Below are positions 1 to 12,699 of a stretch of 64,000 nt of DNA, piece after piece. How positions within the stretch are numbered: position 1 is the first letter of the stretch; each line of letters starts with the position of its first letter. The DNA comes from Octopus vulgaris (Eukaryota), in NCBI GenBank assembly GCA_951406725.2, contig OX597824.1:9362001-9426000 (forward strand), in the 5' to 3' direction. The notes beneath the pieces are model-generated. The model saw only the letters and a program-made list of their open reading frames with translations. It ran no database searches and was not told the origin of the DNA. Made by a program: the position numbers and the translations under genes.

Positions 1-483
1 AACTTACATTGCGGTATTTTTGGTATTCAACGAAAAGTGTTTTCTTTTGTTTTATTTGTGAAGTTAAAATAAAAACTAATGACGCCTTATCAAAAGAAAT
101 TTGCATTTGAACATCTCAGATAGTAAAAACATTTAAAATTACTATGATCAATAAAAGCAAGTCATTTAATACGGCTTGAATTACACCGTCTTAACAAATC
201 AACCGTGGTGTTTCTTAATTTATGCTTTTTATTTCATAAATTATTCATTCATTATGAATTGCTTATATAGAAATGTATGAGTATCTTTTTTTAATGAATT
301 ACAGGAGAAATGGTACAACGAAAATTCGGAAACTGGTGCAATGAAGAAGAGAAGAATACTATATTGAAACCGGAGTCCTGAATATTTACAACAGAATAAA
401 CTCCTAAAATGGTAACCAATGGCCTGCTGACGGTATTAAATTGAGAGCCACTTTATGTATGCCATCCAATAATATTAGCTTGA

Positions 484-780
484 AATTTTGGCACAAGGCC
501 AGCAATTTCGGGGCTGTGCGAAGTCGATTAATTAAGCCTTATTGTTCAACTGGTACTTATTTTAACGTCCTCGAAAGAATAAAAGATAAAGTCAACCTCG
601 GAACGTAACGCCGAAAGAAATGCCGCTAAGCATTTTTACCAACCAAATAATGATCGTGCCAGTTCGAAGCACAATAATATTGATCTCAAATTTTGCTATA
701 AGGTCAGCAGTTTCGAAGGATGTGTGTCAGTCGATCACATCGACTCCAGTACGCAACTGGTACTTATTTTGTCGATCCCG
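484..780 (-). mobile_element. Two old, diverged family-A-type SINE fragments in tandem
   Basis: Degenerate matches to family A motifs (ttttggcacaaggccagcaattt, caactggtacttatttt, aaagtcaacctcg, gaaatgccgctaagcattt). Confidence 0.7.
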
Positions 781-1509
781 CTGACTGACAGGGTTTACAA
801 TACAAGTGGCGGTATTATTCAAGCTTCTTTGCCCTTTGGAATCTGATTCTGAAGGAATGTTTTTGGGAACTAGCATATGTCCAGATATTGTCTTACAAGT
901 TTTCTGACATATGACACAAGTCGTAAGAGGTTGTTGGTGTCCAAGATCATTACCTATCTGGGCATTTCGATTTTCATGTGACTTCAGGATTCATATGTCC
1001 TGCATCCATGTATCCATCTTGGCTATAAATTCAATTTATTTCATGGTTTTTAAAGTGGTTAATCTCACGAAAATTAAATAAAACCTAACACAGGATTGGA
1101 CGTAAACCGCTCGATCATTCGTTTCATACCTACGTAAGTTAGAACTGCTACCCTTCGTCATCGCTAGAATATTTAGTACAGTGCAACTTTGAAACATTAT
1201 ACTGTTTAACCACCACCAACACATACATACATACATGTATGAATGATGTGTGGATATGTGTGCGTCTGTGTGCGTGGGTTATTCATTTCCTTTAGCCATT
1301 TCATCTTACCTTTATTTTGCCAGACAGTATTTGTCATTATAATTTTTTTTTATTTGACAAATGTTTCGTATAAATACGCAGAAAAACACGTTTCTTCTTT
1401 CCGCTTAAAGGCACACAGACAGACTGTCTCACACGTATGAAAACACAAACACACACATATGTACACGCACACATACATAATATACACTTTTATAATACAC
1501 ATTTATAGA

Positions 1510-1511
1510 TG

Positions 1512-1582
<71 letters not shown>
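1510..1582. repeat. (TA)n microsatellite
   Basis: Seen directly. Confidence 0.95.
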
Positions 1583-1585
<3 letters not shown>

Positions 1586-2487
1586 TACCTGTGGCCTGTG
1601 GCGTGAGAGGAAGTGTATTAACGTCGATGTGTGTTTGCATACATATTGTCGTCTGTATTTACTGCTGACTTGTTAAATGGACCGGCAATATATCTTTTCA
1701 AAGGCAACCGAATCAAATTAGCTCTTTGAATAATTCATCTGTGATAGTTATATGATAAACTGTCTATTTATAACGGATTGTTATCAAATTACATTACTAA
1801 TGGGATTATGTGAGTTCTCCGTTTCATACAATAAAATAATAACAGCAAAAACGACAACAACAATGATAATAATAATGATAATAATAAACTAGAGAAAACG
1901 AAAAATACATCGGATGAAAGGAAACAAAAGGAGATGCTATTTTGGCATGATGTCGTGTATGTTGTGTAGCCAGAAAAACAATACTGCAAAAGATGCTGAT
2001 AATAATTATCTCATTGAAAACTAATACATACAATAATTATTCGTGTCTATATTTGTATAATTGTAGAATGACTAAACAGCGACATCGCAAGCGTGTCACG
2101 GCGTGTGTGTGTGATCAGAGTGCTTCAATTCAAAATTATAGAAAATCTGAATTAAAGTTCGGTCAGAGATTACATTACCTCTCATCCTTGCACAGTCAAT
2201 AAATATAGTTACCAATAATATAATTGGATTCATTCCATTCACCATACAAACTGTTCAACAAAATTTGGCCTTGCACCTAGTCGAAAAGATATATATATAT
2301 ATGTGTGTATATACCTCGGCATAAATCCAAATACATAGCATTTGAGTTAGCAAAAAAAAAAAAAATTATAACCGATCTTTCCTAACCCTCACGATAATTT
2401 TCTTCGTTGCTTTATCACTAAATGTACTCGAGATAATCGTACAGAATTTAATCCGTTTAAAGTAGTTGTTGTTGGAGCTGGTGTTTT

Positions 2488-2525
2488 TGTGTGTGTGTGT
2501 GTGTGTGGTTGCGTGTGTGTGTGTA

Positions 2526-2556
<31 letters not shown>

Positions 2557-2597
2557 GTGCGTGTGTGTGTCTGTGTGTATGTGTGCGTGTGTGTGTC
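2488..2597. repeat. Imperfect (TG)n microsatellite
   Basis: Seen directly. Confidence 0.95.
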
Positions 2598-3289
2598 CGT
2601 GCTGAAGTAGCAATTTCAGCAGAGTGGTATAATAAAAGTTAAGTTGTCTTGTTTTGATTTCAAACCACGCGATTTCAAACCACTATATTTTCAGCCTTCT
2701 GTTCTCGACAAATTCGTCTCTGGAAGAACCCACACCCTTGCGACAGCGTGACAAATAAATATATTTCCTGTTCGATCTGTTAGTTAAATACATTGGCGGT
2801 GAAGATATTGAACTTTGCTTGTCAGGAGAGAAGCTTCGTTTAGTATTCTTATTCCGTATGTTTGTTTGTCTGAAAGATGCGTTAAAAATACACTTATTCC
2901 TTACACAATTCCTTTTTCTCTGCGATCATTAACACCGATTCTAATCACATCCTACTTTCGAAAAGGAAATATTGTTTAATATAGTCCAACGTACATTGCT
3001 TCTAGAAGAGAAATATACGGAATGCCCGTGGTTGATACCCCTCTGATCATAGAACTTCTCGGCCAAGCATGATATTAAGCTAAATAACAAGGTTGGCATC
3101 AGGTGGACTTGAACTTAGGGCGTAAAGATCCAGAAGAAATGTTGTAAGGCATTTAATGATTCTGCCAATCCAACGCCTTTGCTACTTCAAACAATATATT
3201 ATTATTGTTGTTGTTGTTGTCATTGTTCTTGCTCTTCTATTTCTTCTTCTTCTTGATGTTGTTGTTGCTGTTTGTTTGTTTGTTTGTTT

Positions 3290-3649
3290 GTTGAGCGAAG
3301 CGGTCTTCGTCCCAGAGTGGGAGAAGTCCGAAACGTGGTCCTTTGATATTCGTAAGACCCGCAGAAGAGAAAGCAGGTCAACCCCCGACACCGAGAGCAT
3401 CGACGGATGGATGAATGCTCATCAGGCTCAGAGGTTGCGTAGGAAGTCGGGGACAAGAAACAGGAAGAAAGAGTGAGAGAAAGTTGGAGCGAAGAGTAAA
3501 ACAGGGTCGCCACCACCCCCTGCCGGAGCATCGTGGAGCTTTTAGGTGTTTTCGCTCAATGAATACACAAAACCCCCGGTCTGGGAATCGAAACCGCGAT
3601 CCTCCGACCGCGAGTCCGCTGCCCTAACCACTGAGCCATTCTGCCTCCA
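3290..3649 (-). mobile_element. Family C tRNA-derived SINE with tail type 3, ending in (AAAC)n/(AAC)n
   Basis: The minus strand begins GGAGGCAGAATGGCTCAGTGGTTAGGGCAGCGGACTCGCGG with A box and B-box-like GGTTTCGATTCCC. The body matches the 7469, 30585 and 44973 copies; the tail is unique here. Confidence 0.85.
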
Positions 3650-4109
3650 CTGTTGTTGCTGTTGTACATGATATATTTCCGTGCAGGAAATTTTTTCACA
3701 CGAATCAGGTTTTCTCAGAAAAATGTCCATCTAAGAATTCAATCAATTATGCCTACTGCATTATATTATCGGTATATATTAATTATATACAGATCGCAAC
3801 ATTAGAGAAAGCAAAATCGCTATTATCTGGATTTGATCTTCGAAAACATATACGAACTAATTAATCCAGTGCTCAGCAGTTTCCAATAACCTTCTTATTG
3901 ATATTCTAATTACTTTCTAAAGAACATAATTGTATTATCTCTTTTTTTTCTCTATCACGGAAGAGAGGAAGCTTTGTCAAAAATATGCCATAATATTTAT
4001 CATGTATTGTGTTCGTTTCGACATTCATGTGATGTATACATCAAGAAGAATTCATTTAGCACGAAATTGGCGCAAATAGATAAAAAAAAGAAAGACAAAT
4101 CATGCTTAA

Positions 4110-4522
4110 ATTTTTTTACTACCCACAAGGGGCTAAACACAGAGAGGACAAACAAGTACAGACAAACGGATTAAGTCGATTATATCGACCCCAGTGCGTA
4201 ACTGGTACTTATTTAATCGACCCCGAAAGGATGAAAGGCAAAGTCGACCTCGGTGGAATTTGAACTCAGAACGTAACAGCAGACGAAATACCTATTTCTT
4301 TACTACCCACAAGGGGCTAAACACAGAGAGGACAAACAAGTACAGACAAACGGATTAAGTCGATTATATCGACCCCAGTGTGTAACTGGTACTTATTTAA
4401 TCGACCCCGAATGGATGAAAGGCAAAGTCGGCCTCGGCGGAATTTGAACTCAGAACGTAACCGCAGACGAAATACCACTAAACATTTCGCCCGGCGTGCT
4501 AACGTTTCTGCCAGCTCGCCGC
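4110..4522 (-). mobile_element. Family A tRNA-derived SINE, tandem dimer
   Basis: Minus-strand head GCGGCGAGCTGGCAGAAACGTTAGC, B box GAGTTCAAATTCC and central GCCTTTCATCCTTTCGGGGTCGAT (resembles the Meta-SINE domain, from memory). TSD-like catgctta(a/c)attt. Confidence 0.92.
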
Positions 4523-4630
4523 ATTAGCCATGCTTACATTTACGTACATGGTGGGAAAAATAAAAGGAAATGATTATAATGATATTAAAGAGAGCAGAAA
4601 CGGCTGTTACTCACCAAAGAATCGTCGTGG

Positions 4631-4858
4631 TACTCCGTCGGTTACGACGACGCGGGTTCGAGTTGATCCGATCAACGGAACAGCCTGCTGGTGAAATTAA
4701 CGTGCAAGTGGCTGAGCACTCCACAGACAAGTGTACCCCTAACGTAGTTCTCGGGGAGATTCAGCATGACACAGAGTGCGACAAGGCTGACCCTTTGAAA
4801 TTCAGATTTGACAGAAACGGGAAGAAAGAATTAGAGAAATTTGTGGTGAAAGAGTACA
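4631..4858 (-). mobile_element. Family C SINE, 3' part with tail type 2
   Basis: Reverse complement of 30740-30969 (GTCGTCGTAACCGACGGAGT end). Confidence 0.85.
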
Positions 4859-5145
4859 GACCTACATAAAGCGGGTGTAGGTGTTTTCAAATCAAAACTG
4901 GATCTCTTCCTGTCGAGAATCCCAGAGGAACCTACTTCACGGCAAAAGGTGCAAATGAGGATAGCGACATAAAAACACCATTCTTCACCAAGTGTCACAT
5001 ATTAGAGGAGGCTCTCAGTAATAACAATGTAGCAAAACTGAGGTGCCCCAGCATGGCCACAACTCTATGCTGAAACCCAAAACAAAAGATATATATATAT
5101 ATGTAAATATATAAACAATTTAAGGAAACGAAAACAAATATAGAG

Positions 5146-5405
5146 GATGGGAGGGAGACAGAGAGGAAAAGAGGAGAGAAGGAGTGATGGAGAGAGAAAT
5201 GGAGAGGGAGAGAGAGAAAGAGAGAGGGAGGGAGGGAGAGAATTAGAGAAGGGGAGAGAGAAAGAGACAAGGAGAGAGAGAAAGAGAGAGGGAGAGAGAA
5301 GGAGTGAGGGAGAGGGAGAGAGAGAAGGAGTGAGGGAGAGGGAAAGAGAGAAGGAGAGACAGAAAGAGACAAGGAGAAAGAGAAAGAGAGAGGGAAAGAG
5401 AGAAG
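5146..5405. repeat. GA-rich polypurine low-complexity tract
   Basis: Seen directly. Confidence 0.95.
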
Positions 5406-5969
5406 GTCTTGTGTTATAATGGTCACTTTTTAGTAGAAAAACAGACGGCGAAATAACAAAGAGATTTGCTTCCCCTTTTTAATGTTTTTCTAAATAATAA
5501 ATTATCCTAGATAAATAGTTTACAACATTTTATGCGTCGTACAGAATTGGCAACGTACACAGCTTTCCAGCTGAAATATGAAGAGGACTTTTTTATTTTT
5601 TATTCTTGTTCGATATATTTGGTTGTCCGAAAGGAAAGCTGTGTTGTTGACATTTTAATAGGTGTGACATTTTACGAGAATCACACTTTATTACTTACTC
5701 AACGATAAACGGGATATTTTTATGGTTGTATTTATCAATATTAGTGGCGATATTTGCGTTGATTCGAGATTATGAATTTGTGCGTGTAAATATCACAGAG
5801 AGAACAAATGTGTATAAATTTGTATACTGAATGTTTTAAAGGCAGACGAGAAGAGCGGAAACAGGTAAGAAGGTAGTTTCTATTCGATTATAGACGCCAT
5901 TTTATATGGATGCCCAATCATTATTTTAAAAATATTTATGATATTATTGTACTTTCTTATCCACATTTC

Positions 5970-6430
5970 CTCCTCCCCTTCACTCACTCACTCACTTTCC
6001 GGCACAATCTTTCTCTTACGCTTTCTCTTCTCTCTCCTTCTCTCTTTCTCACTGTCTCCCTCTCTCTCCTTCTCTCTTTCTCATTCTCTCCCTCTCTCTC
6101 CTTCTCTCTTTCTCATTCTCTCCCTCTCTCCTTCTCTCTTTCTCACTTTCTCCCTCTCTCTCCTTCTCTCTTTCTCTCCCGCTCTCCCTCTCTCGCTCTC
6201 TCTCTTTCTCTCTTTCCTCTCTCTCCCTCTTTCTTTCTATCCTTCTCTCTCCCTCACTCTTTCTCTCCCCTCTCTCCTTCTCTCTTCCTCTCACCTTTGC
6301 TCTTTCCCTTTCTCTTTCTCTCTCTCCTTGTCTCTTTCTCTCTCTCCCTCTCTCTTTCCCTCTCCCGCTCCCTCTCTCCTTCTCTCCTTCTCCTTCCTTC
6401 TATCTCTCCCACCCTTCCTCTCTCTTACCC
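5970..6430. repeat. CT-rich polypyrimidine low-complexity tract
   Basis: Seen directly. Confidence 0.95.
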
Positions 6431-7357
6431 TCTTATTAAATATATATGTATATATTTGTGTGTGTACATTGTTCATATTTTCCCTTGAATCCATTATAGC
6501 ATCATTTGCTTGTGATCATTATGATCTTATGGCGAAGTCTTTCAAGAAACAGGAACACAACCTTAGTCAGGCAAATACATGATCAAAGACATTCCGGCCG
6601 TGAACATGTTGACCATTCTTTTATACCAAGGGTATTCTTAACTTCATCATCTAGAGTAAGGTTCGTTTCTTAAAAACGTCTGGAGGTAATTGAAAAGAAA
6701 TGTGCCTATTTCGATCACTTAAAGGAAACTGTTCCTGTTCTTAGACGAGAATGACTGTCGCTGGGCGGCGAAACAGCAATTTAACTCTTCCAATGTGGAC
6801 ATGAGTTGTCTCGACATGGCGAAGACCTTTCAAAAATTAAAATGATGTGCTACAAAATGTATGATCTGGAGAGTATCCCGAAACTACATGACGGCTGCAT
6901 CACATTTTAATAATCAGGTGTCGCGTGGTTAACATCAAGATTGCTCTCTTGCTCAAACGAACACCGATTTTGAGCAGAATCCCCCAAGGTTCTACCTTGC
7001 AGCTATTATTGTTTGTAATGACACACCCTTTATCATGGAGACAATCATTTTGAATAGCTTTGTTTACGATATAACAGTTTCACAGACAATTAAGGACTCG
7101 GAATATGTCGCAGATCTATTGCAAATCCTTAATGTAATTGACGTAAACACATTGCAAATTACTACCAAAAAGTTTCAAGCTCTTCTATATCAATGCAACG
7201 AGGATGTACAGAATGTGGAGCGATTACTATCCTAAATTGATAGCGAATACATATCCTGGGGAAAATATAACGACCAAGCAACGTATCATGTACACAATAC
7301 TACGATGGTAACGGCGTGAAGGATGCGGACGGATATAGACTGTGTGATCCTCTAGAA

Positions 7358-7966
7358 CACAGGTTCTCAAACATTTGGGGACCCTCATAGCCACATAATA
7401 CCCTCAGCGCATCTACCCCTATTGTTTATGTATAAATAAATAATTTATATTTTATTAATTTATATATGTGGTGGCGTAATGGCCCAGTGGTTAGGGCAGT
7501 GGACTCGCGGTAGGAGGACCGCGGTTTCGATTCCCAGACCGGGCGTTGTGTGTATTTATTAAGCGAAAACACCTAAAGCTCCACGAGACTCCGACAGGGG
7601 GGTGGTAGCGACCCCTGTTGTACTCTTTCGCCCCAACTTACTTTCACTCTTTCTTCCTGTTTCTTGAGTAACGCTGTGATGGACTGGCGTCCCGTCCGGC
7701 TGGGGGTAACACATACACCATAGAAACCGGGAAACCGGGCCCATGAGCCTGGCTAGGCTTGAAAAGGCCGCTTAAATAAATAAAAAAAGTATATATACTA
7801 TGAATCGTTTGATATTTAATATATTATAAATTCATTGCGTCCCCCAATCCACTGCCTATCTCCCAATACCGTTTTTTCTCTACTGCCCTCCTTTAGACAC
7901 CATCACCCACCTGGATCCTCTCAACGCCCACCGGGGGAGCAGTAGCGCCCACTTTGAGAACCTATG
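7358..7966. mobile_element. hAT-Charlie-type MITE containing a nested SINE
   Basis: TIRs CACAGGTTCTCAAA / TTTGAGAACCTATG (13/14). 8-bp TSD CTCTAGAA / ATCTAGAA matches the NTCTAGAN Charlie target preference. Confidence 0.85.
7469..7770 (+). mobile_element. Family C SINE with tail type 1
   Basis: Head GGTGGCGTAATGGCCCAGTGGTTAGGGCAG; tail GATGGACTGGCGTCCCGTCC...GGCTAGGCTTGAAAAGG followed by an A-rich end. Confidence 0.9.
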
Positions 7967-8427
7967 ATCTAGAAGGAGAAAGTAAGAAGGCACTCTAGTT
8001 AATTGTTGAACATTTGACTCCGGCCGCCTGAACCATTGCTCAGAATAACTGACACCACGCAATTTTAAACTAAACGACAACATTACAGCGTTCAGGAAAT
8101 CGCCTCAATGCAGCGGCTTGGCTCCTGAGAGATATTAAAAGAACTGAGATTCAACTCATTCGTGAGACACATGAAAGAAATGCAGTAATTTATAGAAGAA
8201 ATATTTTGAAAGAGCTCGTATACAATTTGGGGATTGAGAGCTTCAAAAATCATTAACGGGAGTGCTATTGTATAGTTCCGAAGATTTTGTCATTACCATC
8301 AAAATCAAGTCAAGAGCCTGTAACAGCCTAGGGTTGTACGGTTTGCAGCTTTACCGTATCTCGCCGAGGCCTTCAGACACCAATACGGTAGGATGTAGAT
8401 ATATTTGATAAATGTTTAGATATTATA

Positions 8428-8568
8428 GGCTGTGTGGTAAGTAGCTTGCTTACTAACCACATGGTTCCGGGTTCAGTCCCACTGTGTGGCACCTTAGGCA
8501 AATGCCTTCTACTATTACCTCGGGCAGACCAAAGCCTTGTGAGTGGATTTGTGGGCAATAAAGAAATA
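8428..8568 (+). mobile_element. Family B SINE head fused to the terminal ~18 bp of family A
   Basis: GGCTGTGTGGTAAGTAGCTTGC...GAGTGGATTT, then GTGGGCAATAAAGAAATA. Confidence 0.8.
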
Positions 8569-8952
8569 TATGTGCGAATGAGAGAGAGAGAGAGAGAGAG
8601 AGTATGCGTGTATGAAAAAGTGAATATGGGTGCGTAGAAAAAAAGTGTGTTCGTAGAAAGAACGTGTGTGTGTAGAAAGAATGTGTGTGTGTAGAAAGAA
8701 CGTGTGTGTGCGTAAGTTAGTAAATATATACAATGACAGAATTACGTAGTTTCCTTTAAAGTGCATCATAATAGTATCGAATAAAATAAACCGAAGATTA
8801 TATTTCAATATAAAACCTTCTCTTTTCCCCTCTACACTTGTTTTGTTTGCCGACGCCTCTAAGAATTGATTTTATTTTCCCAAACTGGTATTCGTTCGGA
8901 ATAATTGCTTTGCTTATATTTCACCATTTCAATCGATGAATATTGTGTGAAA

Positions 8953-9588
8953 ACACACGCTCACACACACACACACACGCGCGCGCGCGCATGTGCGCAC
9001 GCAAGCACACTCACACGTACATACATACAGAAACACACACACACGCACAGACGCGCAAGCATATTCATACACACACACATACACACGCAAACACACTCAC
9101 ACTCACATACGCACACACACAAGTACACACGCACAAACATTCACACCCACACGCTCCCGCGCACACATACTCACACACATACTCACACACGCAAACACTC
9201 TCTCACACACTCACACTCACACAAATACACACACACTCACACAAACACACACACGCAAACACACTCACACACTCACACACACATACACACACTCTCACAC
9301 ACATACACACACTCTCACACACATACACACATTTTCACATATATGCATACACAAACGCACGCAAACACACTCACACGCACACATACACACACACAAACAC
9401 ACACTCCCACACACACAAACACACGCATGCAAACACACTCACACACACACACGCAAACAAACACGCTTACACACATACACACACACTCACACACACACAG
9501 ACACACACGCACACAAACACACACACAAGCACACTCACACACAAACATACACACACAAGCACACTCACACACGAACCTACACACACAC
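8953..9588. repeat. Long imperfect (CA)n tract
   Basis: Seen directly; explains the His/Thr-rich pseudo-ORFs. Confidence 0.95.
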
Positions 9589-10049
9589 TGATAGTTTTTT
9601 CTTTTACTTTTATGTAACCGAATCACGCAACACAGCCTTCTGTTAGTCTTATTATATCTTTAGCACAAAATCTATTTCATCAAGGGACTTAAATCTGCTA
9701 ATCTGTTTCTCAAGATTATTACGGGGATATGGTTACAATCGATCTATCTGCTGTGGTTTGTTTACTTCACGTAACCCGGAATTAGAAAATGGCAAAACTG
9801 GAACCCGTAGAGATTTCATCTGAGAAGTAAATGATAGACGTGAGGTTATTAATCATTGATCATTCTTTGTCTTTCGGTCAACATACGTTTCTTCCAATTT
9901 AGACTTTTAATATTCCTTGCATTAAAAATACTTCAGCCCTAAATTTATTGATGTTTTCATAATTTTGATATCACAGATTAAAAGTAATCTCTCTGTTAGG
10001 GCAACGCTAATCATTTGTATATTCTCTATGCTTGTTATATTATTTTTTG

Positions 10050-10240
10050 CTTCAGTCGCTATACTACAGTCATGATGGTGCACCACCTAGAAGAAATTTT
10101 AGTCCAATGAATCGATCCCATTATCTATTATTAGTTTTTGTAATGTTTGATGCTTATTCTAACTGTCTCTTTTGCCGAATTGCTATGTTAAGGGGACCCA
10201 AACACACCATCACCAGTTCTCAAACGATGGAGATGGGAAA
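10050..10240 (-). mobile_element. Old family B SINE 3' half
   Basis: Diverged reverse complement of the B tail (ttttgccgaa, aaacacacc, aatcgatccc). Confidence 0.6.
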
Positions 10241-10281
10241 CAAATATATACACAAAGATACATACACCCATATATATATAT

Positions 10282-10453
10282 AAATTTTGGGGAGGGGGCC
10301 AGTCGATTATATCGACCCCAGTGCGTAACTGGTACTTAATTTATCGACCCCGAAAAGATGAAAGGCAAAGTCGACCTCGGCGGAATTTCAACTCAGAATG
10401 TGACGGCAACGAAAGCATTTCGCCCGTGCTAACGTTCCTGCCAGCTCGCCGCC
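10282..10453 (-). mobile_element. Family A SINE (alternative tail, truncated)
   Basis: Matches the family A head and core. Confidence 0.9.
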
Positions 10454-11309
10454 TTCGTGTTAAATGGCAGTAATAATTTGCTAATGTTGTCATTTTAACA
10501 CTGCATAATTAATTGCAATAATATTTGACGCTCTCTGCATGACTTAGTGTAGGAGGTTCTTGAGATTATTCTATCAGTAATGTTTACTCTACAATATGCT
10601 AAACACTGCAGCACTAATTAGAAATATATTAGAAAGCATTGCAATATGTGTTCTATTCATCTCAGCTAAATATATGCACTGCACTTTTTAATTAATATTG
10701 TCTGTAAAGCTAATATGACGGACCATTTACAGCAAATAATTTCCATATGTTCCATCCAACTCAAAAGTTTCTATGGACAAACATGTGGCATATCATGGCC
10801 TCTACCCTAAGTTCATCCACGTACCAAATGTTGGTTTCAGGTGTGTATAAAGAAGAGAGAACATCCCTCCTTCTTATATTTTCTTTAGATTATAGACTAA
10901 CCAAAGGCTAGCATATAAGCGTTTGTACATGCGAGAGTGTGTTCATTTGCTAGCTCTTCTTTGCCTTGTATTTTTCATCTTATATTTCTGACCCCAGCCA
11001 AAAACCGGCCTGGGAGTTTATCGTTGTGGCTTTGTCTATCAGACGTCATAGCGAGATATATGCTTCAACGATGCTCAAGATTATCCTGTCTGAAAAACCA
11101 AACGAAATTTCTGGAAACTCCATATTAACAGCATATTATTATATTATGCGAAATATGCCACGAGCAAAAAAGCACACAAGCACGTACACTCACTTAAAGA
11201 TGATATATATATACATACACACGTACAAACAAATACACACACACACATATAAAAGTAAAGGTACATGAAGGGGGATTGTTCTTAAACTTATGAACTATCT
11301 GTGTGTATT

Positions 11310-11325
11310 ATACACACACACACAC

Positions 11326-11377
<52 letters not shown>

Positions 11378-11653
11378 ATAATATTAGGGAATAAATCCAA
11401 ACTTACAGGGAAAAATTAGATTTAGGATTAAATCCAATTTTATAGTATAAATATATTATATTATATTATATACATATGTATTTATATATATATGTATATA
11501 TTTATATATATTCATATATATGTATATATACTTATATATATGTATGTATTTATATATATATATAAATATATATATGTATATATTTATATATATTTATATA
11601 TATATATATATATAATATAAAATTGTATATGAGTATGTATTTCTAACTTATGC

Positions 11654-11705
<52 letters not shown>

Positions 11706-12300
11706 AATATATATAGCAGATAATGTAATATCACATATGTGTGTGTGTGTGTGTGTCTGTCTGTCTGTCTGTGTTTGTTTGTGCGTGTCTATTATATTAC
11801 ATTTTACAAATGGATAGTTATTTTGACAGATAAAGTTGCATATGTATACATACACGTATATATATTTATAATCATTTATACATGTGTTTGTGTGTCCGTA
11901 GGTGTACATGCTTTCGTCTATGTGTGTCTGTGTATGCATATACATTCTTATACGTATTTTATACATGCATAGTCATATATATATACAGAGCTTACATGTG
12001 TGTGAACATTTTCAAATATATTTGCTTTTATATACATTCATACAGTTATATATACACATACATCAATAAATACACACATGCTAATATACATAGATACATA
12101 GACTCACAAATACATATATGCATACATACACACACATACATACATACATACATACATACATACATACATACATACATACATACGTACGTACGTACGTACG
12201 TACATACATACATACATACATACATACATACATACATACATACATACATACATACATACATACATACATGCATGCATGCATGCATGCATACATACATACA
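11310..12300. repeat. Compound TA/TG/TACA microsatellite cluster
   Basis: Seen directly; (TACA)n at about 12136-12300. Confidence 0.9.
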
Positions 12301-12699
12301 TAATAGCCTCCTTCAGAAGATTCTCTGTCGATTTCGATGTCTTATCTTTATTCAGATAATGTCTCCATTATCCACTTGTATTACATAAAGTTTTAAAATC
12401 TTATATTTTCCTCAGGTTGCATAATATATATATTTTTTCTTTAACGCAGCCGAAAATCTTTAGCAACAGAATTAATCTTACTACTACCATTTGTCGTTTC
12501 AATTTACATTTAACAAATTGTATCCGAAAATAATTCATATGTAACATCAAATATTTGACATCGCTTAGCAAATAAAAATGTCGTTTCGTATGTTGAAGAA
12601 AATGGAACCACTTTGAGCTGCAATAATTCATGAAAGCGGTTCTGGTGTTATTACATCGCCGGCTATTGTTACCTAGAGGGTTGGAGGAACACTACAGAG

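Larger units (their letters stand above)
6790..8370 (+). mobile_element. Decayed CR1-type LINE ORF2 (RT and C-terminus), interrupted by a MITE
   Basis: Translated remnants NVDMSCLDMAKTF (~VDVIYLDFAKAFD), SRIPQGSTLQLLLFV (~SGVPQGSVLGPLLF) and SFVYDITV (~FADDT). After the MITE, LKELRFNS and NSLGLYGLQL resemble CR1 C-terminal motifs. Many stops and frameshifts. Confidence 0.75.

Noticed and set aside
305-411. Exon-like segment (acag|GAGAAAATGG ... ATG|GTAACC)
   Set aside because: All three frames stop within the segment and no homology is recognisable.
880-1020. Possible very old RLE-element tip on the minus strand (VMILDTNNLLRLV)
   Set aside because: One weak motif only.
3320-3430. GAAAC-GTG-GTC on plus and CTGATGA on minus in SINE tail 3
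   Set aside because: Only half-hammerheads; the matching core half is missing on each strand.
8905-9646. Long ORFs (217-228 aa) and similar HT-, YI-, CV- or LS-rich ORFs across the window
   Set aside because: Stop-free translations of microsatellites in several frames; not genes.
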